From Nymphaea colorata (Eukaryota), in the NCBI RefSeq assembly GCF_008831285.2, contig NC_045138.2:10850001-10914000 (forward strand): 64,000 nucleotides of DNA. Reading direction: 5' to 3'. How positions within the stretch are numbered: position 1 is the first letter of the stretch; every line of letters begins with the position of its first letter. Of this stretch, positions 13,227-27,000 are shown piece by piece. A model generated the notes under the pieces. That model was not told where the DNA came from. It saw only the letters and a list, made by a program, of their open reading frames with translations, and made no database searches. Both the position numbers and the translations under genes were made by a program.

Positions 13227-16200
13227 TTTTCCTGTTGTGAATTCTGTGTGATTGAATAAAAATTACTACTAATTAAAACATAAATACTCATTTGAATAAT
13301 TTTGCAGGACATAAATTAAATTCAACACTCATTGCATTTCTTGGCAACAAACTGGTAAGAGATCCATATAATCCCAGCTGGCTAGCTAGAGAGAGAGAGA
13401 GAGAGAGAGAGAGCTCCAGCCTCTACCACTGCAATTATAAAATTTATGGAGTCAGAACCATGCACTTTGGATCTTTTTTACTGTCCGATTCCAAGAGTTC
13501 AATGAAACAAACAGAAGCAAGTTTGGATCTAGGCAACTTCAGTGATATTCCATTATGAACCAGAAAAAGATTCCGATCCAGGTCAACCAAACCTTACAAT
13601 TGGTTTGTCTAGGCAAGTGTCTACTTTCAGGCTGGTAGATCTTAGACTCAAAATAAACTATTATATATTGTCCCTTATTAAATTCTGCTGAATTTTCATG
13701 TCAACATTCGTCATTATATTTTTAAACTATGGCAATCCCATGAAGATTATCTGATGCATTTCTGCATGCCTCTTTGTTTTTCAATTTCCTTTGCTAGAAC
13801 AACAAAACTACAGCCAATCTTTTGAATTGGCTTCCAAAATGAGGACCATTGCTCCTGCCATGTACTGTTTCAATCTCATGCCCAGCAAAATATAGCCTAT
13901 GTACTCTAGGTGGTACTAACTAGATTTCAACGAATGGGAGAGGTCAACCGATTTATTCACACTAAAAAGGAGGTGAACGTGAACACTGAACAGAGAAGCA
14001 AACAGGACGGATCTAAACAGCCAAATGCATTGAAAGTTGGGTCAGAAACTTAAGTTCAATATAAACAGCAAAATGTACAAAATGCGCCCTCATCGTAGAT
14101 CTGCCTCCTTTGCAGAACTGGGCAGGGCCATAAATATGCACCACATAGACTCAAAGGGGTTGGCACAATAAGAATGAGCCACGGTCATTGTCAGTCAAGC
14201 AGTTCGGTTCCTCCTTGTTCAAGCGAAAGTAAGGTGTACCACCCTAGGGTTGGAGAGATGCAACGAAGGAGTTTTACTGCTGCTCCTACAAGGGTTCGGG
14301 TCTGGTATTTCTTTTTCACTATTGCACCACCAGTTCACCAAGTTCATCACGTTCAGGAAAATTATTGCAAAGTCGACCCGCTGTTCCAATGATCAGCTTC
14401 GTTCCAACTGGGGCACATTACCTTTTACTTTTTTTTTGGCGTTTATCATTTTTTCAAGGGTAATATTGTCATTGGAAAAAATGTAAAAATCCATTGACTT
14501 TTTTGAGGAAGATCTTTAAATTGATTGAAAATATTATGAGGCCCTCTAAAATTTGTAAAATACATAGACGCTGGTCCTATGCAGGTACCAACTAAATTAT
14601 GATTCCATTAGTCCACGCTGCTCCACTTTTAAATGCCTCTTTGGGCTAATGGCATTTTCCCAATATCACGAACCCCTTGCAATTTGTTAGGGATACTTCT
14701 GATGTCGAGAGCTCCTCAAAGTGGAGCTCGGATCTCTTTTTCCCTCCTGACGAGCGTAGGAAGACAGCTACTGTGTATTTAATTAGAGTTGGCACAACAA
14801 ACAAGGCAAGGGCTGGTATGCAACTTTGAGGCACCAAATCTTAATACCCTAAAAAGGTGAGGGCTTCAGTTCCTATCTGATCTGTAGAATGAAATAAATA
14901 TTTTTCCTGTTCACCCAGAATTACCACACTTATAACTCATTCCCTTTTCATTCTCATAAAAACTGAGCATGCTTATCGATGATCCACTGCAACTGAAGGG
15001 TAGGTCAAATTTTTTCTTGTCATCTTCAATTGCGTAAATGGGCAACCACTAGGAACAACCTTTGATGGGGCAAATAAATCAAGGAATGGAGTTTGCTAGT
15101 TCTCTCTCGAAGAATAACTGTCATCCCTTGCCTACCGCAGGAACAGCATGTCACGATCCCACAAGCTTTAGCAGCTTTGATGGCTCTGATATTAACCACT
15201 TCAGGTGAGAATATTTCTCAGAACTGCAGATGCTCTGGAAAAGTAACTATTTTAGAGCCGAAAGGAACGTTTTACCTTTCTTAGTAAGAAAATGCCACTT
15301 ACTTCACTGTTGACAGCAAAATATTCCGGAGGAACAAATAAAAGATCAACAGTAAAAAAACCATTGCACAGTAAGCACATTGATGACCGGTCTCAGCAAC
15401 TTGAGATATGACAGTATAATGAAAAATCCGAATGCCAGAAAATAACAACGAATTTAAGCGAAAACAAGCCTACCTAATGTGAAGAAAAATCACAGAACAG
15501 TCAAAACACCAATTTTTCTAAACCAAAAAAACATATAACATGGTGAAAGATGAACACAATCATTGGACTAGGAGGGATGTCAATTCAAGAAGTAAAGCAA
15601 GATATCAAGTACTTTTTCTGCAGATATACTTAACAAATCTAGCTTAGCACTAAATATGTGAAAAACAACTCAGTCGTAGTATAAAACGTGAAAAAACACG
15701 TTTTTTGTTTAAAAAAACGCCAAAAAAAAAAACAGGCATATAATACGCATTCTTTCGTATTTTTATTAATTTTTATTTTTTATAATTTTCAAGATTTATC
15801 AAATGTTTTAAATTTTTAAAAATTTACCAAGATATTCCTGAGATATACAACTTTGCCCTATTATACCCAAGAAATTCTTCCCAATATAATACATGTACAC
15901 GTTTTTTGTGACAATGTTTATAATAGCAAGACTTCATAAAGAGGTTATAACACAAGAAATTCCATGACAAAATGCTAAAATAAGGACTTCTAGAGAAAAG
16001 AAATGAAGTAACTAGAAGGACTTTGATGGTCATTTCGGATTTCTTTCATGTTATCTTCTTTTATGTTATATGCTGGCGCCGCTCACAGCATCATAAACAA
16101 GACCATTAATAGCTGGTTTAGCTCCACTATTAAGTGTCGCACCAAATAGTTTGAAAAGCTAAAGGTGCCAACTTCACCCTTGGGGTGGCTGCCATCTGGC

Positions 16201-16357
16201 CTCAGGGATACAGCCAAGGGTACCAGTAAAAAAATCATAAGCCAAAATCCATTGGTCTGCTTGGTTTACAAGAATTCCTTGAGAGAGACTCCAGTCTCCC
16301 TCGAGGTAAAGGTTCCTTCACTCAGGCTTGAAAAACAAATATGTACAGAGATGTGTA

Positions 16358-19300
16358 TTACTTAGCCTTGCTTGAACTAGATATTGGTCTGAATGCTGCT
16401 AAGACTACAGCCAGTTTACATATAAAAAACCCAGAGGCCAATGCAAAGAGTTCCTGGGGTGTCAAGAGCATGGAGTTATTTACTAAGAAATACTTCAATG
16501 CTAGGAATGTAGAGACCAAGCCCACAGCTAGAACTGGCAGGGGTTCCTTGGCTTTTAAGAGCATGCGCCAAAGGCTCTCCAAGCCAAAGGGAGAATTGCC
16601 ATTCATGACTGAAGAAGATGCACATATCCTATCAACAGTTCTCTGAAGCAGAAAGAGATAAAGGAATCCACAGCCACCACCTATCAGAAAGTTGGATGCG
16701 GTTCGGTCACCTGTTGGTAGTGTAAACATGATATATGTACCTCCCAAGACAAGCACCAAATCATAAAGCAGCATTGAAAGCTTTAAATCCCTATACTCCC
16801 TCAGGCCATCCTCCAAGGATATTTTACTTTCTGGTAGAGCTGATGATATTGGTAGATGAATGCTTGATAAATCAAATGGATTGACAGAGGATAGCTCAGA
16901 TATGTGGCATGGCCTCAATTCAACCATGGTCATCTCCTCAGTCTCTCCAAGAAAGATATCCATATCTCCAAACTCATACCGTATTCCACCACACAAGTTT
17001 GAGCTCTCCTCTTCAGAGCTTGATTGAGATTCTTTAGGGGAAGTGACTGCCAAACTTACACCTCGGAATCTCCAACTACCTGGTGAAAAATGTAATTACC
17101 ATAGTCAGCCACAGCAAGCATACACGTGCAATTACACAAACAAACGTGACGCAATCCCTAGTACACAAACACACATACACATAAGCAAGGTGAACAATTT
17201 TCAGACATTAACAGACCAACCTTTACGTGCAACTCATACAGACATATTTGCATTGATTATGAGACTAACCTGATACAATCCCAAATACACAACACATACA
17301 CATAAGCAAGGTGAACAGTTCCCAGAGATGAACAGACCAACCTGAGTCCACTCCGACCCAGAGTGCTTGAAGTTTACTTAGTTGAGGCCCTCGAAATGTC
17401 AGGTGATCCACAGAACCCCTTTGAAAGCAAACTCGATCAGCAGTATCCATCTCCTCCAACCGGTTAGAATTGACTGATGGCATTGACAGTATTCTCTGTA
17501 ATATCGAATCTCCATTTTCACCAATCAGGCAAATTAGTAGAGAAGCAGAGACATCAAGACCTGAGTTTAGATAAGAACTTGTATGTAGTTGAACTGAATA
17601 TAGCGAATGTGATTCATCAAGTCCAACTTTAGAAGGTGACTCTGCTGATGAACAAGGACAAATATTCGCTTCTTCTGCTGGCAACAGAAACAAAGGCTGT
17701 GCAAAACCTCCAAAATCTGAACAAGCGTGCTGCTCCTGTTAGTTCCACAAACATATTCGTGCTGAAAAAACTTCACTATACAAAAGCATAAAAATTTCAA
17801 TAAACAGAAACTAAAACTTATAACGTATAAGCAAAAATTTATTTATGTTTAGGTGCACAAGCCTCACCTATGCAAGCAAATACTGCAATTATATGTGAAC
17901 TTTGGAAAAAGAAAGGAAATAATACAACAGAAGAACATCTTAAGAACCAAAACCCCTAACATTAGAGCTTTACATACAAAAGCATAGAAAAGCCAATGTC
18001 ACAAGTCATAATAAGAAGATGAGGGGTATCAAAAGGTAAAGGAAAAGCTTGTTTGTCCAGGAATGCTATTGTTTCAGCTTTTTCACCCTCCAGACAAGTC
18101 AAGGGCCTTGTTCAAGTTTTGGAAGGACTATTAGCAAAACTCAACCTTTGAAAGGGCTGTATCTAGAGAAACTTAGTCTGGCCAGTTCTCAAAATGTAGT
18201 GGTGGGCAAGCCAGCTGATAACACTAGCAACTGACATGCTAGTAGGCAGATTCCTCACCCCTCAGGCACCAGGAACTACCTATATGGAATAACATCAAGG
18301 ACAAGCTGTGAAGGTGCACTTGAATGAAAATGAAGATGTCCTTACTTGGGAACCAATCCTCAAGCGGGAAGTTTTTCACCAAATGCTGTTAGGATTCACC
18401 CTGCTAAGCAAAGCAGATCCTATACCAATAAAGGCCATCCAGATACAAGACCTTCAAGGCATAACATCTTGTCTTATAGCAGTAGATACATACAGACAGT
18501 TTTCACATAGAATGACCCGAGGTGAGACTCCAGTTTGCAAGTCATTGCTACTTGTTTTGCATTGTCAGAGACATGAATTGAACTACTGAAGACTAAACAC
18601 AATTGAACTTTTCCTTTCCCAAAATTTTGTTGCAACCTCTGGCATGTTATTTTTGTTTTAACATTAGTGACAACAGGAAATTAGGATCCTGCTTTCTGAC
18701 AAAAAGGTCTCAACATAGATGCGGGACCAGTTCCATGCACTTGGCTTGAAACTTGCAAACAATGAGTAAGTGGACTAGTTTACATATATCTTCTGAAGAA
18801 ACAGGGTGCAGCCACATGGTGCTCAAGGGCAACCTGTCCTTCCCAATGGAGGAAACTAGGCAAAGAAGGCATGTGTTCCTCCTGATTTCAGCATTGTCCT
18901 CAAACTGAACCCAGGGATCTCTAATAGAGGACTGCCCAAAGTGAATAGAAGAAGAAAAGAACAATGAATTGAAGAGTGAAGACTACTCAAAAATCTGTCT
19001 CCCCCTTGAACTTGTATGTTACTCATGTACGCAGTTCTCCCCTGAAACTAGGCAAAGAAGGCATGTGTTCTTCCTGATTTCAGCATTGTCCTCACTCCTC
19101 ACCCTGAACCCAGGGATCTCGAAAAGAGGACTGCCCAAACTGAATAGAAGAAAAGAACAACGAAGATTGAAGAGTGAAGACTACTCAAAAATCTATCTCC
19201 ACCAGTCCACCTTGAACTTGTATGTTACTCATGTACACAGTTCTCCTCTAGAGGGAGAGAGAGAGAGAGAGAGAGAGACATTACGTATAAATATATGTAT

Positions 19301-19704
19301 ACAAAAACAAGTAGTTATCAGACTCTCATATATCAATATCAGATCTGTTAGGAATTATTTGGGCCGTTGATTTCAAAGAGGTCAGATGGTGGAGATTAAG
19401 TTGCAAATAATGAAACCAAACTATTCTTTCAAGAGTCTAACCCCCCAAAGAAGACAAGGGGTTTTGCTTAAGGAAACTCATTTGTTTCTCTCTCTTTTTC
19501 ACTTTCTCTCTCCTCATTTGAAGGGCATTTGGGACTCTTGAAAAAACAGTTTGGCTTCTATATTTGCAACTTAATCCCCATGATTTGATCTCTTTCGAAC
19601 CGATAACCTACATAATTCTCATCAAAATCTATAATATAAGGGTCTGGTAACTACACGTTTTTCCTCTCTCTCTCTCTCTCTTATATATATATAGAGAGAG
19701 CTGA

Positions 19705-19792
<88 letters not shown>

Positions 19793-22321
19793 TCATCTCT
19801 CTTCCTTCAGTTCACTGAAAGAGACTTTGATACTTTAGAATTTCCGACTGTTGACTTTTTTAGAAGCCCTTTCCTCTTTTTCTTATATAGTCCATTTAGG
19901 CACCAATTACCTCCATTTACTCGATTTTCAGTGGCGTGTGTGTGGGGGTTTATATCATAATTAACCATCCTAACGTAAACTTTTGGCTTCACCACTGTCT
20001 AGAAATCCAATTTCATGGTTGTACTAGCACCTTACTCATCAATTTCATTTTAGACTTTTAATGCTTTGCAATTTTACACCCTGCTTTAAGCCAACAAAGT
20101 CAAGCTCTCAAAGACTCCTTTTTGTGCTATTTTTCATTTGAAAGGTACTTATTTTTCCCTCAAGAAACTACAGAAAGATATAGTAGTCAAGATATTAGAA
20201 AAAAATCAAGAACCAAGATGAACACATTACTTACCATCAGATATACACAACCATGGTCATATTCCATCAAATAGAGTGCATAAAGGTAGCTGCGACACGA
20301 ACCCTAGAGAAACCACCAAGCTAATTTTAAAAAGTCAACATGAAAACGAAATCAAAAAATTACAGCAAGCTGCTTAATGTTTGGACATATAAGAAATCAC
20401 AATCAACTTAATAAGTTAAAACAGGTGCTCAACTTCTGAGAAAAATTTTCAAAGATCTGCCCATTAAAGTGTGTTTGAGTAACTTTTTTAAAATTCTGTT
20501 TTGACTGCAAAACACCATTTTGAGATGTTTTGCCTCCAAAATGGCATTTAAGGTGTGTTTGGATGATGATCAAAACTGGGTTTGTGAAAAACCCAGTTTT
20601 CAATGAATGACGCTTATGTGACACCTTTAAATGCCATTTTGGAGACAAAACATTCTTTTGCCCTTAAAATGGCATTTAAGGCATCTTTGGGTGATAGTTG
20701 AAATTGAGTTTATGAAAAACCCAGTTCACTGTTTTTTTGTTGTCATCCAAACAAGCCAACCACATCTGTAAAACTAGACAGAAAACCAAGTTGTCACAAA
20801 AGCTGATTTTCATAAAAGTTGCTTTTTGAGGGTGTCATGCAAATGCAATCCAAAACATTATATTTTTTCATAAAACCCTTCTTAAAGACAATAACGTCTT
20901 TCATTACCCAATATAAGAATAGTTCTTCACAAGGAATGTTTTTGCCATTTTACGATAAAAACTAATATTTCGTGAAGAAGGGGGCTCTCTGAGAATTTCT
21001 CTCAAAAAAGTTGAACATCTATTTGTTAACTTTTAAAATTTGAGCAGTGATTTACTATTTTGCCCAACCATTAACTACCTTTTTTGTACCCGCATCAATT
21101 GTGGTCTAGATTATGGCTAAGAAGTCCACAAACAAGGTAAGCTGGATGTAAAAGCTCAATTATTAAAGTATCTAGCTTCCTTCAGTGGGTGTATGTCACA
21201 AATTTTACGATGAAAGTGCACCACCTATTTGAAGCATTCTCACAAACACTGCCATTAAAAAAATGAAAACAAAGAGAAGAAAATAAAGAAAAATTTGAAA
21301 AATGTTGATAAAAACATGATCCATCGAAAAAAAAATATGCCAAAGTGAAAATGTTGTGCTTTTATCGTCCTTCTTCCACTTTTCTTACCTTCAAAAAAAA
21401 CTTTTACACACTTTGAATTTTGTGACGTTCTTATTTTAAGATGAATAACTATTTCAGATTTGGTCAATGTTTCTGTGAGGAAATAGTAGAAATCTCAAAT
21501 TTTCATAATTTTTTTATTATTCTTTTGTAGTTTTTAAGCGTTTGAATTCCAAAACAAAACAAACTTCACATTCATATCAGCCAAAAACCTTCTTAATAAA
21601 AAATCAAGAGCGATATGTGCGACAATTTGATGCTCCACATGACTTAAAAATAGAAACCCTCTCTTTAAATCAAAATCTTGTGCAAAAAATAGATTAAGAT
21701 AAATATTACTCAAATGCCAGGTACGTTGTTGCTTAATTTTCTTCCTGCAAGTGAAAAAAACGAAGATGACCAAGCTAATCTACCAAAAATAAATAGAGAA
21801 GCGATATCTCAAGTGAAAAAAAAAAAAAATCCTTAGTGAGGATGGCTGTCTCCAGTTCGTGTCATTCTCAACCATGACACCAATTACATGTAAGCAAAAT
21901 CTAATTCCACAATGTATCAAGAGATGCGTCCCTGATACTTGGTTATGCAAAATCAATTCGTGGAATGCCCCGGAAATGGATCCCAAATCATAAAACAGAA
22001 CAACAAAAACATCAGAAGCAGCGAAATCTTTCCGGCCATGACAAGTAATTAAAGGTAAAAGAAGGAAGAAAGAAGGCAGTTTCAACATTTGACTCTTGCT
22101 TCACCTTGAAACTTAGAAGATGAGGATCTCGAACTGGAGGCGCAAAATCTCGAACGATTCGCGGGCAGTTGAAGAGTCTCCCATCTCCTCCTCCTTCTCC
22201 ACGTCCTCCGGCTCCTCTGGTCGTGCCGCACCACAACACGACGTCTCAGAGAGTGCAGAGAGGGACCACCGTAAATGCTCTCGCCCACCATCATCAGGCG
22301 ATTCAAACACCCCATTTCCAT
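16358..22321 (-). CDS. Chloroplast-targeted PLAT/LH2-like domain protein with C-terminal multi-pass transmembrane region (recalled as similar to Arabidopsis AT1G55280), 3 exons, 437 aa
   Basis: join(22321-22105, 17716-17342, 17079-16358) = 1314 nt, GT-AG introns, phases 1/1. The N-terminus is Arg/Ser-rich and transit-peptide-like, then SKFQ/DFGGFAQPLFLLPA. A PLAT-like segment follows (YSVQLHTS...LLICLIGENGDSILQRI...FQRGSVDHLTFRGPQLSKLQALWVGVDS/GSWRFRGVSL), then GLREYRDLKLSMLLYD and about four hydrophobic helices. The gene model is solid; the family name is from memory. Confidence 0.85.
18852..19250. repeat. Tandem duplication of a ~190-200 bp unit in intron 1 of the PLAT-like gene
   Basis: GAAACTAGGCAAAGAAGGCATGTGTTC...TTGAAGAGTGAAGACTACTCAAAAATCT...CTTGAACTTGTATGTTACTCATGTAC occurs at ~18852-19040 and again at ~19044-19250. 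Confidence 0.9.
19303..19662. mobile_element. Foldback (Mutator-like) MITE with long imperfect inverted arms, inserted among GA/CT/TA microsatellites
   Basis: The arm GTAGTTATCAGACTCTCATAT...GATTAAGTTGCAAATA...CCAAACT...TTCAAGAGTC pairs with GACTCTTGAA...AGTTTGG...TATTTGCAACTTAATC...ATATAAGGGTCTGGTAACTAC. Confidence 0.65.
19706..19789. repeat. (TA)n microsatellite of about 40 units
   Basis: Directly visible. Confidence 0.95.
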
Positions 22322-23453
22322 TACCCGGACGACCAACAAAGAGAGGAAGAACAACAAGGAAACAACTGCAGAGGCTTCAGCAGAAGATAGAAAAGTTTCG
22401 ATAGCAAAATTTACATGGAGAAATGCGGAGGAGGTGATGAAGCAGCCTCTTCTGCAGCTATGAATAGGTGCTTAACGAAGAGGAGGCGGCAAATGGTAGA
22501 CGAAAGAAGGAATAGGGGTACCGACGGCGACGTCACAGAAGGGAAAGACGGCACGCATCCTACTCTGGCTGTATGCATGCATAGAGGCAGATAATGATAC
22601 GTGTGGGAGGAAGCAGACGCCGTCTTCCATTGACCCCGATTGCTCTTCAAAAAATCCCCAATGAAATATCTCTGCAGAACTTCCGGGGGACGGAGTTCTC
22701 TCGTGAATATCTGTGCTACCAGGGGCGGAGATGTTTTAAAAAAAATAAATTTTGCATATTAAAATTTTAAAATTTATTCAAATTTTTGTCATTGTTAAAA
22801 AAGAACGTGATTACTTGCATTGAGATATATTTGTTTACGTAATCAATTATAGGAGGATGACTATAATGAGTTAACGTGGTGTTGATGAATTCAGTATAGT
22901 TTTACCCTTTTACAGATTATGTTCTCAGTCGTGCTTTTTGAAAATATCATGAGTTTTAAACTTCATTTTTTTCACTTTTTGAAATAGCAAGCTTCTGAAG
23001 TTTCAATTTGTTACATAAACTGTTAGGATATCATTAAATTGAACCAAATGCCTTGTTTTTTGAACCGTATATATTTGAACAATTGCAGCTTATAGTTGTC
23101 CTGCTTCCAACTCAATTCAGTTTAACAAGCCAATTTGAATAGGCCTGTTAGTAATTGAGTTGTTAATAAGTTGGTTGACATATATATATATATAGCACGT
23201 GCGTATTCTTTGGTGTATATGTTCGTGCATGTTTGTGCTTGTGTGTGTGCATATGTGTGTCTATATATACATATATAAAAAGGCCAATGCTGTTGTATGT
23301 CAATTAAAAATTCATTGTTGGAAAGACCATAGATCGCTGTTACTAAAGCCACTGTAGACCTTCGTTGCATCATAAAATATGGCAACTACCAATTTCATGG
23401 CTGTTATTTAGTGACATTTTAATCATCCAGTAACTTCCAGCGCACTACAGCAT

Positions 23454-23459
<6 letters not shown>

Positions 23460-23544
<85 letters not shown>

Positions 23545-23551
23545 GTGTGTG
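23460..23551. repeat. Compound (CA)n(TA)n(TG)n microsatellite
   Basis: Directly visible; the tract is close to self-complementary overall. Confidence 0.95.
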
Positions 23552-23664
23552 TTATTTGTAAACGTGCATGCATCACCAAGCTCAAACTCAATTTTTTTAT
23601 ATCAATTGGGAAGAGACTCACTAGTTGACATATAGTTTAGGTGTATCGTTAAGGCACTTATGCA

Positions 23665-24087
23665 TAGAAATGTACAACGAGCGAGCCGAGCTCGAGTTCG
23701 GCCAGCTCGAACTCGACTCGACTCACATATGGCTCGGCTCAAGCTCGACTCGAGCTTTATGAGGTGACCTCGAGCTCAAGTCGCTTGACCGAGTCTGAGC
23801 TCGAGCTCAACTGATTTAAGCTCATGTCCCTTAATATATATTTTATGCTTAAAATTTTGACATTTTTATTTAAGTCATTTTAAGTTTTTGAAATTACAAA
23901 AATAAGTATTAGTGTTGAAAGAGTCTAATATATTATATAGTTTAATAGAGTCGAATTCATCCAATTCTAGCTCGGCCGGTTTACAAACTTGAGTTATCAG
24001 TTAAGCTCGAACTCAACTCATTTAACTTACAAGTCAAGCTTAATTGAGTAAGTTCGAGTCGAGCCCTCAATTCGTTGAACATTCCTA
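23665..24087. mobile_element. hAT-like MITE
   Basis: TIRs TAGAAATGTACAACGA / TCGTTGAACATTCCTA (2 mismatches), degenerate 8-bp TSD CTTATGCA/CCAATGCA, and GAGCTCGAG-type subterminal repeats. Confidence 0.8.
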
Positions 24088-27000
24088 CCAATGCAGCTTT
24101 GGAGCCTAAGGGTAGGGGGAAATGGAGGAATTCGGCTCTCACTCAAGTGGTAGGATTCTGGTCTCATTCGCCTGCAATAACTTTGAATGTCTTGTTTATT
24201 TTTACATATGAAGATCAAACAAGAGTTTCAAAAATGGCTTGAACTCACCTCATGATGAACTTGAGCGTAGTATGAACTATGCTGGAAAAATTAGTGAACT
24301 ATATTTGAACATGTCTTGTTTAGTTTAACATATGCAAACTAGAACAAACTTTCCATTCTCAAATGACTCACTCACCTCATAACAAACATGAGTTTGAGCA
24401 ATACCAAAAAACTTGATGAACCAAATTTTAACATTTTTTGTTTAGTTCACTCAACTTGCTTCCAAGTTCAGATCTCATCCATCCACTTCTACTACGAATG
24501 GGTGGGTGATTTAATTGAAAAGGCATACAAGGGCACCGAACCTTAGGTTGTATTTAAGGCGCACATTTAAATGTCATTTCAAAGGCCAAAACATCATTTT
24601 ATTTCTACAACATTGTTTAGGTTGTGCTTGAATGACATCAGAACTAGGTTTTCTAAATCAAGTTAGATTTGAATCTATTGTCTTTTGGGATGATCAATTT
24701 CTCTTTAGTTCTCTTAATTATAGAGAGTCTAGTATGGGGTATGACAAAGAGGCCTATACTTGTCCATATTTTTGTGTTGTAAATTTGAACCCTTGTATGT
24801 CATTGTTTCTTTGAAATGGTGAGAGCTTTTGTTTTTGGGGTGTTCCTCTACATGCGTGTGGATGTGTAAAAGAGAGCTTTTGTTTCTGACCATCAAAAGA
24901 ACAAAGGAAGGGCTCTTGAAAAAGATAGTAGTGATTACTCAAGTTTGAAGGCTTGAAAAAATTTATTGCATCTGTTTTCACATAGTGGGTTTCTTGTGGT
25001 GATCCCACAGTTTTTGTCTCTTATTTGAAAAAGGGTGTCCACATAAATCAGTGTGTTCTTTCCTTGGTTTGATCTCTTTTATGGTTTGTTATTTTGATCT
25101 TATTATATTCACATTGATTGAGGTGGTTGATGCTTAAGATTTGCTTTCTTAAGAGTTATATATATATGCATGTCAAATGTTTGTTAAATTTCATAAGAAA
25201 TTCACAAAGAGGGGAAGTCTTCCGTACATTTGGGTTTCTCCCCAACTAGTATCAAAGCAGTTTTTGCCTTAATTATGCTTGTTGTTCTTGTGGTTTAAGA
25301 TGGAAAACATGACACAAACGATGGTTAATGGAAGAAATTGGCAAGTATGGAAAGCTAAAATGGACGACCTCAACTGTATCAAAGACTTGCATGAGAGTCC
25401 ATTGAAGGAGACAAACCCACAAATGTTAATGATGAAAATTAGAAAAAGCAAGTTAAGAAAGCTATTGTGATTATTAGACAATGGTTAGATAATGTGATAT
25501 TCCACCATATATAAATGGAGACTATGGCAAAATCATTATAGAAGAAAGAAAGATGATGGTCAACAAAGTTTTTATCATTCATCAACTAGTGAATATGAAA
25601 TTTGAGTAAGGTTCTTCGGTGGCGAAGCATTTGAATGAGATGCAAAATGTTGGCATCAATGAAAATGTTATTGAGTCATGAGTTGCAAGCCATTTTGCAG
25701 CCTTTTTCTTTACCAAAAAGTTATGAGAGTTTGGTGGTTTCCTTAAGTAATTTGGCTCCCAATGATGTGTTAACCATGAGTCATGTTACTAGTAGTTTGA
25801 TGAATAAAGAACTTAGAAGAAAAAATGCAAATCCTCCTAGTCCATAAATATTGTCAAATGAAGAACTTGCAAGAAATTTTTGTAGAGAGCCACATGAAAG
25901 AAACGATTCCAAGTCTAGGTTAAAATTTATAAATAAAGTATTGTCACAATTGTTGTGGTATCATACACTTCAAGAAGTATGGTCAAAAGTTTAAAAGTGA
26001 CATCAAAGAAGGAAAGCCAAAATAAAAAAGAAGAAGTTTCAACATCTTTGACAAGCCAAGATACTGTTATTATAGTAGAAGAGAAAGATGACTGTCTCCA
26101 AGTGGGAAATGTCGATCTCGATCTAATTGTTAATTTAGGTGCATCTTATCATGTCACACCGTATAGAGTTGTTTACCTCTTGCAAGCTAGGAAGTTATGA
26201 TGTTGTTCACATGAAAAATCAAGGTTCATAAATATTGTATGTATTGGTGATGTTTGTGTGGAAACTAGCGTGAAAATAAAACTTATGCTAAAGGATGTAC
26301 ATTATGTTTTAGATTGGTGTATGAATTTTATCTCTATGGGCAAGTATGATGATGAATGATATACTATTATATTTAAAAAATCCCCTCTTATAGTTGCAAA
26401 ATGTGACAAATGTTGCACTTTGTATCATATAAAGGGATCTCCACTCGAGGGGAAATTAATGCATTTATAAACAACTCTCTATCCAACTTTTGCACAAGAG
26501 GCTTGGAGACATGAGTGAGAAGGGGATGAAAGTCTTGTCAAAGAAGGAACTCATCCCAAACATGGAGTTTCATGTGTCAAAAAATAAGACTGATGCTTTT
26601 GATGTTTTTATGAAGTTTCATGTGTTAGTTGAAAAGAAAAATAATTTGAAGTTAGGATGCTTAGAAACAAGCAAATGTGGTGAATATACATCAAATAGTT
26701 TTGAAAGTTATTGTGCAAACCATGTAATTTCACATGATAAGATGCCTCTTAAGGACTCTACAAGAAAATGGTGTTGCTGAATATATAAATTAGATCATAG
26801 AGAAGATAATATAGGTGCATATTATCCATGTCAAGATTGCATAAGACATTTTGGGTGAAGTCATGAAAACCGTGTGTTACTTGATTAATTTGTCACCATC
26901 GGCTTCATTACAAGAAAAATTTTCACAACTTTAGAGAGGTAAAAACTTACAAGCATTTAAAAGTACTTGATTGCAATTCTTTATGCACCCCAAAGAATTG

